This document shows, piece after piece, positions 57,727 through 64,000 of a stretch of DNA of 64,000 nucleotides (the first letter of the stretch is position 1; each line of letters begins with the position of its first letter). The notes beneath the pieces are model-generated. The model ran no database searches. It was given only the letters and a program-made list of their open reading frames with translations, and was not told where the DNA came from. A program made the position numbers and the translations under genes. Source of the DNA: an uncultured Thermoplasmata archaeon. Its GTDB lineage: Archaea; Thermoplasmatota; Thermoplasmata; Halarchaeoplasmatales; Halarchaeoplasmataceae. The DNA lies in NCBI GenBank assembly GCA_964462425.1, contig CAYWYD010000006.1, positions 717-64,716 of the forward strand, given 5' to 3'.

Positions 57727-57932
57727 GGCCAGAGCGGTGGGGAAACACCTGGTCCCATTCCGAACCCAGAAGTTAAGTCCACCAGCGTGCTCTGTGGTAC
57801 TGTGGTGCGCGAGCCCACGGGAAGCTTAGGTCCCATAGTGTGGACCCTTGGAACGACGGCTTAGGTCCGGAGTCTTGCTCTCTTCGGGGAGCAAGATAAA
57901 CCGGGCTGTTTGAAGGTCACCGTTCCCCGGCC
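57727..57932 (+). rRNA. rrf: 5S rRNA with an atypical ~85-nt extra segment before the helix-I 3' strand.
   Basis: Canonical loop-C/helix sequence GGUCCCAUUCCGAACCCAGAAGUUAAG ... GUGGUACUGUGGUGCGCGAGCCCACGGGAAGCUUAGGUC. 5' GGCC-AGAG-CGGUG pairs with 3' CACCG-UUCCC-GGCC at 57918-57932. TATA cttataaata at 57682-57691. Confidence 0.75.
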
Positions 57933-58044
57933 CGCTGTCAGTTGCTCACTCAACATTAATGCATCTAGATTCTATATACTGTTTTACAAGAGATAAAATA
58001 GTAAATATATGCACTATATATAGAAAAAGAATAAAAAATTGTTT

Positions 58045-59286
58045 TTACTCTTTGATCACGCCGTGACCGATCAAGTGCCACTTGCCTTTTATCCTTCTGC
58101 TTATCGCGATCCGTTCGCCCTCATCGGCAGCAACTGATCTTTTCAGCCGAACTTCTGCCTCGTTCTCACGTGCTGAAGACACCACGCCCACCGTGGAGGA
58201 AGAACCCACGGTCAGCATGAGGGGTTCTCTAGTTTTTATCTTTTCAACGTTTTTATCCTTCTCCATCCCCACGACCTTATCGAATAGATTGACCTCCATA
58301 ACGAATTCGTCCTTTATCGGAGGTAATTCCCCAGGATAACCCGCCAATTTACCGGTCAAAGAGTCGGATTTAGAAATACTAGGATCGAGTTTAGTACCTA
58401 CCCCGAGCAATCCTCCCGGACTCACCTTATCGACTTCAAGGGAACCCGCGTTTAACGTTTCTACGGTGGTAGTCAATTTCTGCCATTTCTTTTCACCCTC
58501 TTTTTCCACTTCTATCCCTGGTTTGATCTCTATCTCGTCCCCAACCTCCAATTCTCCCTTGATCAAGGAGCCGCCGATGACTCCGCCTTTCAATTCCGAG
58601 ATAGGAGTTCCGGGTTTGTTGATGTCGAAGGACCTAGCTATCGGCAGAATAGGTGGTTCTTCTCCTTCCGCGTCTCTTTCCGGAGTCTTTATCTCTTTTT
58701 CGATTGCTTCGATAAGTATATTTATATTCACGTCGTGGTGAGCAGAAACAGGTATTATAGGCGCATCTTCGGCTACAGTACCTTTTGTAAATTCTTTTAT
58801 CTCGCGATAATTTTCCTTCGCCCTCTCAGAGGACACCAAATCGATCTTGTTTTGAACTATAACGATATTCTCCACATTAGAGATATCCAAACCCATCAGA
58901 TGTTCCTGGGTTTGAGGTTGAGGACATTCTTCATTCGCCGCTATAACCAGAACAGCGCCGTCCATGATAGAAGCGCCGGTCAGCATCGTGGCCATCAGAG
59001 TTTCGTGGCCCGGGGAATCGACAAACGAGATCGACCTTTGGAACTCGGTTTCAGAGCCGCAATTAGGACAGGTAGTCTCCGTGGTGTAGGCCTGGCTGCC
59101 TTCACACTCGGGACACTTATAGAAAACTACATCGGCATACCCCAGCCTTATACTTATACCTCTTTTGGTCTCTTCAGAATGTCGATCGGTCCATTCCCCG
59201 CTAAGGGCCTCAGTCAATGTCGTTTTACCATGATCAACATGGCCGACCATGCCTATATTGATTTCTGGCTGCTCGGGGACTTTCAT
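58045..59286 (-). CDS. eif2g: Translation initiation factor aIF-2 gamma subunit.
   Basis: [10 protein letters not shown] and the zinc-ribbon insert CPEC...CPNC characteristic of e/aIF2-gamma. 413 aa. Confidence 0.9.
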   Translation of the reverse strand: MKVPEQPEINIGMVGHVDHGKTTLTEALSGEWTDRHSEETKRGISIRLGYADVVFYKCPECEGSQAYTTETTCPNCGSETEFQRSISFVDSPGHETLMATMLTGASIMDGAVLVIAANEECPQPQTQEHLMGLDISNVENIVIVQNKIDLVSSERAKENYREIKEFTKGTVAEDAPIIPVSAHHDVNINILIEAIEKEIKTPERDAEGEEPPILPIARSFDINKPGTPISELKGGVIGGSLIKGELEVGDEIEIKPGIEVEKEGEKKWQKLTTTVETLNAGSLEVDKVSPGGLLGVGTKLDPSISKSDSLTGKLAGYPGELPPIKDEFVMEVNLFDKVVGMEKDKNVEKIKTREPLMLTVGSSSTVGVVSSARENEAEVRLKRSVAADEGERIAISRRIKGKWHLIGHGVIKE

Positions 59287-59700
59287 CTATTCTTCTCCCT
59301 CACCTTCTTCTTCCTCGAGCAGTTTTGGTATCTCTTTAGGCCCGTGGTCTATGACCTTCATGTTTATCTGATTCAACATGTCAGAAACAGTGTTCCCTCT
59401 TAACGTTTTTTTCTTTTTTACTCCGTTGTCCTGGGAACGAAATCCAACTCCGCCTTTACCAAGGACTTTCTTTCTAACCGTTCCGGGTATATTTTGCTTC
59501 ATCGGAAAACCATCTATGTCGCTTCCTCCCGTGATCTGTAACTTGTAGCCAGGAAGTCCGATGAATATACCATCGACTTCATCGCCGATGGTTTTTCCGA
59601 TTATCCGGTTGGCATGTTGGCCATCTACTTCTTGTTGATAGCTATTTCCATCTTTTGGATCCGATATTACGACTTCGAACTCTGCCATATCTATCATCAC
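59287..59700 (-). CDS. rps6e: 30S ribosomal protein S6e.
   Basis: MAEFEVVISDPKDGNSYQQEVDG. Abuts the aIF2-gamma start (conserved archaeal pair). Confidence 0.85.
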   Translation of the reverse strand: MMIDMAEFEVVISDPKDGNSYQQEVDGQHANRIIGKTIGDEVDGIFIGLPGYKLQITGGSDIDGFPMKQNIPGTVRKKVLGKGGVGFRSQDNGVKKKKTLRGNTVSDMLNQINMKVIDHGPKEIPKLLEEEEGEGEE

Positions 59701-59896
59701 TCGAATGTACTTTTACCCTACTACATTCTTCTCCTATAAAACTTTGATGGGCAAGATTTGAGTTAACGATCCTGTTCATAGGAGAAAACCCGCCTCAGCC
59801 CTAAATTTCCAAATAAAATATTTATATAACGTCTTCCTATTCTTAAACATACACTCTTCAAAAAATCAAAAAGAAGAACGATTATAAAAAGAGAAA

Positions 59897-61132
59897 ATGG
59901 GAAAATTGATGACCAAGATAGCTAGAAGCCTGAAAAACGTATTTTGGCCTGGAGAAGATCGAGCCAATAAACCCGTCTATCTCCAGGAAACAGGGGAGTT
60001 GTTAGGCTATATCTCGGAAATTAAAAAAGATGGGGCGGGAAATATCGAGTTTTATAGGGTCGACTGCGACGGTATAGAACTGAGTTTTTCTAGTGAAAAC
60101 ATAATCAAGGGTGAAGATGGTTATATATATAGACCCATCTGGTTAACTCAAGCCGAAAGGATAATCAAAAAATTAGAGACCCAGGAAAAGGTCAATCCCG
60201 AGATCGCTTCACACAGCTCGAAAGCTCTAAGTAGAGAAAAATTGAAAAGACTTTTTTCAAGATCTGATCCTGAGTTGGAAGAAACGGTTCAAGAAGCAGA
60301 AGAGATAACCCGACTCCTTATCGAAAAAAGAGATGAACTAAAAGACAAAAAAGAGTCGATAGAACAAAAGATAGAAAAGAAAGCTCAGAAAAGGATGGCT
60401 GGTGAAGAAAGCAGAAGGGACTTTGCTGAGTCCATAGTTGATCTGAAGAGAAAAGTCAAGATCGTTAAGGAAAACCTTAATAAACTCAAGCAGCTATTTA
60501 TGAGATTAAAGGAATCACCTCTAATAGATTTAGACCATTTGAAAAATGGGATGAAAAAAAATACACCAGCAGAGGATGAAGGCTATATGAAAGAAAGATC
60601 GAAAACCGCCCCAGGTAACGCAGGAAGCAAAAAAGAAGATCAATCTCAAAAAAGAGAACTCAAAGAAGGCGAAAGGATAAAAAAAGTGAGGATACCTAAA
60701 TTAGAGCAGGAGTTTGAACAAAAGGAAGTTCGTCTTCAACAGTCTTACCTTTCAGACTTACAGGAAAGAATAAAGAATATCAATCAAGATATTAAAGATT
60801 TAAATAAGTTAGCCGAAGAACATGAGGAAGACGAAAAGATCAGCGATTTCATCGATAAAAAGCTTGGAAATCTAAAAAAAGAAAAGAAGGATTTAAGAGA
60901 TAAAATCAATGAAGTTAAAAATACTAAAGATTCTATGGAAGATACTACCGCTAAACAGGAAAAGAGCGATACTCAGATCGAGGGGGTCGTAGAAGAAAAA
61001 AAGACTGAACCTGTTGAACAACACCCTGATAATAGTAAGAGTATAGGAAAGATGATCGCAAGAATCGGTTCTCTCGCATTGATAATAGGACTCATAGTAC
61101 TCCTGATCCTTTCTCTTTTACAGGTTTTCTAA
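59897..61132 (+). CDS. Coiled-coil protein with a possible PRC-barrel-like N-terminal domain and a C-terminal TM anchor.
   Basis: Long K/E-rich heptad region. C-terminal IGSLALIIGLIVLLILSLLQVF. Confidence 0.45.
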   Translation: MGKLMTKIARSLKNVFWPGEDRANKPVYLQETGELLGYISEIKKDGAGNIEFYRVDCDGIELSFSSENIIKGEDGYIYRPIWLTQAERIIKKLETQEKVNPEIASHSSKALSREKLKRLFSRSDPELEETVQEAEEITRLLIEKRDELKDKKESIEQKIEKKAQKRMAGEESRRDFAESIVDLKRKVKIVKENLNKLKQLFMRLKESPLIDLDHLKNGMKKNTPAEDEGYMKERSKTAPGNAGSKKEDQSQKRELKEGERIKKVRIPKLEQEFEQKEVRLQQSYLSDLQERIKNINQDIKDLNKLAEEHEEDEKISDFIDKKLGNLKKEKKDLRDKINEVKNTKDSMEDTTAKQEKSDTQIEGVVEEKKTEPVEQHPDNSKSIGKMIARIGSLALIIGLIVLLILSLLQVF

Positions 61133-62362
61133 ATCCTCTAAAAACTTTTTTCCCGCTTCAACCATATCTTCCTTTTCTTCGGATTTCATCGATTCAAGGA
61201 TATTTCTAGCATCCTCAACTTCCTCCCCCAATATAGGAGATTCATAATACCTGGCTCGAGAATTGTGAGCCATCTCTTTCAGCATATCCGATTCCTCCCC
61301 TCCAACGTTCACTATTATCATCTCAACAGGAGATTCTCTTATCATCTTGCAGAGTTCTATAAGTTCTCTTCTCACGTATCCACCTGGAAAAAGAGGCACA
61401 TTCGCTTTCCCTCTAGTTATCAACATCATGATCGAGATCACGTCTGCACGACTCCCCCTTGCTCTTTCCAACAATATAAGGCCTTTCTTCAAAGCCGATG
61501 GAAGAGGAGATAGGCCTCCATAATTAAATTTATTTAGTACTTCTTCACCCTTACTTACTTCGGTGGTGAAAGGGAGTTCAAGTTCTGCTTCATCACCAGA
61601 CGACGATATAATCCCGACTTGAGAACGCTTTTCATAGGAAACAGTAAGAACTGTCTTAGCTATCTCTTCTACAGTCCTGATCTTTCTCATCTCATCAGGA
61701 AGATAACTCGTATCTATGACCATCAACTGCTGCACCTTGGTCCTGGAGCGATAAACCTTTTCTCGCAGATGTTCTTTTTTTATTTTAACTCCCCCACTTC
61801 TCCCCGGACCACGGAAACTACTCTGCCTAATAGCATTTCTAATACTCGGAACAACCGCAACATCCCCAAAATTGACATCTTCTCTAGCTTTTCTATTTCC
61901 TACAACTCTCCCTCTTCCACTTAATTTATAGGTCTCCTCAATTTTGGCTCCGCCAGCTCCTCCCCCACTCACGGCTTTTGAAGATTTAACAGAACTTTCA
62001 TCTAGCAGACGTCTTATTTTTTCATTAATCTTCTGGACTTTTTGCTTCCCAGATGAAACTACAGCTCCATGGATCGGTTCAATTGTTTTCTTCTCTATCG
62101 CACGTATAAGCACCTCGGTCTCAAATTCTACACTATTTTGATTAGCGACTAAAAGGGTGGTGACGGTATCATCTTTGATCTCGTCCACTCCGATTTCCTC
62201 TACTGACTCTTTCAAAGAAGAGATATCACTCTCTCTGATTTCTGGGACTTGAGCAAAGGGTATCCTAATCCCGAGAGTAAAATCTTTCTTATATATCTTA
62301 GCTCCAAATTCCTTATCTAAGCTTTTTCTAACTCTTTCTTCTAAAGACCCATTCTCTTTCAT
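61118..62362 (-). CDS. ChlD-like von Willebrand factor A domain protein (imperfect MIDAS).
   Basis: Gly-rich linker SGGGAGGAK, then a vWA-like LMVIDTSYLPDEM ... MMLITRGKANVP. Paired with the upstream ChlI-like gene. Confidence 0.6.
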   Translation of the reverse strand: MKENGSLEERVRKSLDKEFGAKIYKKDFTLGIRIPFAQVPEIRESDISSLKESVEEIGVDEIKDDTVTTLLVANQNSVEFETEVLIRAIEKKTIEPIHGAVVSSGKQKVQKINEKIRRLLDESSVKSSKAVSGGGAGGAKIEETYKLSGRGRVVGNRKAREDVNFGDVAVVPSIRNAIRQSSFRGPGRSGGVKIKKEHLREKVYRSRTKVQQLMVIDTSYLPDEMRKIRTVEEIAKTVLTVSYEKRSQVGIISSSGDEAELELPFTTEVSKGEEVLNKFNYGGLSPLPSALKKGLILLERARGSRADVISIMMLITRGKANVPLFPGGYVRRELIELCKMIRESPVEMIIVNVGGEESDMLKEMAHNSRARYYESPILGEEVEDARNILESMKSEEKEDMVEAGKKFLEDLENL

Positions 62363-62472
62363 CTGAGTGATCCTCTCTTGGCCATATTAACGGTTAGCCC
62401 TTATTAAAAAATATCTTAAAAGAGGTATGTAAGTGTTTCCTTGGAATCAGAGTCTAACCATAGGTCTCGAGT

Positions 62473-63996
62473 CTACTTCATCAAGAAATCCTTAGCTTTG
62501 CTGACGAATAAAATATCTACAGCTTCTTGAATGTCCTCCTCTTTAACTTCCTCTCTACCATCATAGGCTGTTACAGTCCTAGCGACCTCCTCCAAGAGTA
62601 TATCACTACCAGAGGGTAATGAAGCATGAGCCGAAAGATTAGAGATGGTATTCCTTTGTCTAGCACTCACCGTAACACCACCTAGTGTCTGCCTTGTTTT
62701 TACTATCCTGTCCCTGAGATCATGACATTGTTCTTCATAATCCTCATAAAATCCTTCTGGATCCTTCTGATACTCTTTATTCCTTCTTATTATCTCTCTT
62801 CTCTTATCTATATCGTCGATCATCTCCACTTTTACCTGGAGATTAAACCCTTCTAGATAGGAGAGCATATGTTTATCTATGATCGATGGATTATCTACAG
62901 TGATCATCGGTGTTCCTGTTTTCTCACAGTTTTCCTTATTTTTCACATTCAGCGCTCCGTTCTTCAAAACGGTATCGACCATCAGTTTAGTATCAGTTTT
63001 ACTAGAGTGGATAGTGCCCGCTATGTATCTCTCTTGATCGTTCCAGATCTTCACTTCTTCTTCCTCTTCATCATCGACACCCTCGATTTCTGATAACAAT
63101 TCGGCTAACGCAACTATCGCGGTTCTTTTTCCACAGCCTTCTTCACCCCAGATCAAAACGCCATTGATCGCTGGATTAATAGCATTGAGAAGTAGAGCTC
63201 TTTTCATCCTTTCTTGACCCACTATAGCGGGGAAGGGATAAACCGGCTCGTTAAGACGAGGTTGGATATCTTCAGAAAGCCCTTCACCCATCAAGGACCC
63301 CATCTCGGCGAGGCCGCCTTCACCGGTGAGGGCCGGGAATCCTCCTCCACCACCTTTTTCTCTCTCCTCTTCTAATCTTTCTTCTAGATGTTCGATCTCC
63401 TTTTCCATCCTATTCTTCAGATCGACTTTTTCTTTCTCTAGATTGTACCTCAACTCTTTCTTCTCTTCTCTCAGCTTATCAGCTAGTTCCTCTTTTTCCT
63501 CTTCCAATTTTTCTCTCAATTCTTCCTCTTTCTTTTCATGCTTTTCTCTCAGTTCCTCTATATCACCCTGCAGTTCTTTCTTTTCCTTCTCGTATTTCTC
63601 TCTTAAATCTTTCTTTTCCTTCTCGTATTTTTCCCTCAAATCTTCCTTTTCCTTCTGTAATTTATCCTTAAGCTCTTCTTTTTCTTCCATATACTTCTCT
63701 TTCAACTGTTCTTTTTCTTCTGTATGCTCATCCTTTAGTTCTCTTATCTCCTTTTCTAGTTCCTCTATCTCTCCCTCGTATTTTTCCCGCAGTTCATCTT
63801 TTTCCTGAACGTGTTTTTCTTTTAGTTCATCCATCTCGGAAGCTTTTTCATCAATTTTTCCCCTCAAATTTTCTATCTTCCCCTCCAGTTCCTTTCTTAT
63901 CTCTTCTTTTTCTTCCCTCTCTTTATCTACACGATCCATGAGTTTAGATTTTTCCTCATCATACTTTTCTCTATATTTATCAATCCGATTCTGCAT
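62473..63996 (-). CDS. ChlI/BchI-like AAA-fold protein with a degenerate Walker A and no recognisable Walker B, fused to a >250-aa K/E-rich coiled coil. N-terminus open at the window edge.
   Basis: PVYPFPAIVGQERMKRALLLNAINPAINGVLIWGEEGCGKRTAIVALAELLSEIE parallels the ChlI N-terminus (FPFxAIVGQEEMKLALLL...GDRGTGKST). Frame continues as AAG upstream of the first ATG, to position 64000. Confidence 0.6.
   Translation of the reverse strand: MQNRIDKYREKYDEEKSKLMDRVDKEREEKEEIRKELEGKIENLRGKIDEKASEMDELKEKHVQEKDELREKYEGEIEELEKEIRELKDEHTEEKEQLKEKYMEEKEELKDKLQKEKEDLREKYEKEKKDLREKYEKEKKELQGDIEELREKHEKKEEELREKLEEEKEELADKLREEKKELRYNLEKEKVDLKNRMEKEIEHLEERLEEEREKGGGGGFPALTGEGGLAEMGSLMGEGLSEDIQPRLNEPVYPFPAIVGQERMKRALLLNAINPAINGVLIWGEEGCGKRTAIVALAELLSEIEGVDDEEEEEVKIWNDQERYIAGTIHSSKTDTKLMVDTVLKNGALNVKNKENCEKTGTPMITVDNPSIIDKHMLSYLEGFNLQVKVEMIDDIDKRREIIRRNKEYQKDPEGFYEDYEEQCHDLRDRIVKTRQTLGGVTVSARQRNTISNLSAHASLPSGSDILLEEVARTVTAYDGREEVKEEDIQEAVDILFVSKAKDFLMK
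63400..63960 (-). repeat. Imperfect tandem nucleotide repeats encoding the K/E-rich coiled coil (e.g. EKYEKEKKDLREKY / EKYEKEKKELQ).
   Basis: ctttcttttccttctcgtatttctctcttaaat and ctttcttttccttctcgtatttttccctcaaat are adjacent at ~63580-63650. Confidence 0.6.
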
Positions 63997-64000
63997 CTTC

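Noticed and set aside
63326-63808. 160-aa Ser/Phe-rich plus-strand ORF.
   Set aside because: It is the antisense frame of the K/E-rich coiled-coil coding repeats (GAA/AAG read backwards gives TTC/CTT), so it is a compositional artefact.
1-64000. CRISPR arrays, cas genes, transposases or integrases.
   Set aside because: No short regularly spaced direct repeats and no recognisable Cas, transposase or integrase motifs in any frame. The tandem repeats present are coding (giant-protein domains, coiled-coil heptads).

Overview
Archaeal chromosomal window. Evidence for archaeal origin: thermosome with a C-terminal GGM tail, aIF-2 gamma with a zinc-ribbon insert, primase large subunit PriL with an FPPC motif, Sm-like protein, ribosomal proteins S6e/L37e/L40e, Fap7-type kinase, Cdc48/VAT, and a stand-alone 5S rRNA. 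The lineage cannot be fixed from sequence alone; it is possibly Thermoplasmatota-like.

The left ~12 kb is one open reading frame on the minus strand, read codon by codon with no in-frame stop. It is missing from the supplied ORF track because it has no stop inside the window. It encodes a giant (>4000 aa, C-terminally truncated) signal-anchored surface protein. Its domains are FG-GAP repeats, four tandem ~165-aa jelly-roll domains, a parallel beta-helix, PD40/TolB-like beta-propeller blades, and many thrombospondin-type-3-like calcium-binding DxDxDG motifs.

Next come two VapBC toxin-antitoxin modules flanked by a repeated intergenic motif, then a housekeeping block: Fap7, a CDP-alcohol phosphatidyltransferase, PriL, enolase, RpiA, a creatininase-family protein, L40e, Cdc48 and the thermosome on divergent promoters, Tmk, and Sm-L37e. 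Two paralogous tandem-Usp genes bracket a permease split into two half-size genes.

An Mbh/Mrp-like antiporter module follows (MrpE, F, G, a split MrpB, MrpC, and two tandem paralogous MrpD subunits), with no hydrogenase genes.

A type IV pilus-like operon comes next. It has two paralogous FlaI/TadA-family ATPases, a FlaJ/TadC membrane protein split into two single-domain genes, and one protein with a class-III signal peptide. This is not an archaellum: FlaB, FlaF, FlaG and FlaH are absent.

The right part carries a Roadblock/LC7 protein, urocanase and a bifunctional formiminotransferase-cyclodeaminase (with a zinc-finger-like insert), a MacB-like ABC pair, a PPP-family phosphatase, a di-Gly ubiquitin-like SAMP candidate, a 5S rRNA, and the conserved S6e-aIF2 gamma operon.

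The main hunt candidates are these: (1) the atypical 5S rRNA, whose helix-I closure lies ~85 nt beyond the canonical 3' region inside an outer inverted-repeat stem; (2) a pair formed by a ChlI-like but Walker-degenerate AAA-fold protein, fused to a long K/E-rich coiled coil (open at the window edge), and a ChlD-like vWA protein with an imperfect MIDAS motif; (3) the pilus locus, for its two ATPases and split FlaJ.

No CRISPR array, tRNA, or obvious transposase was seen.
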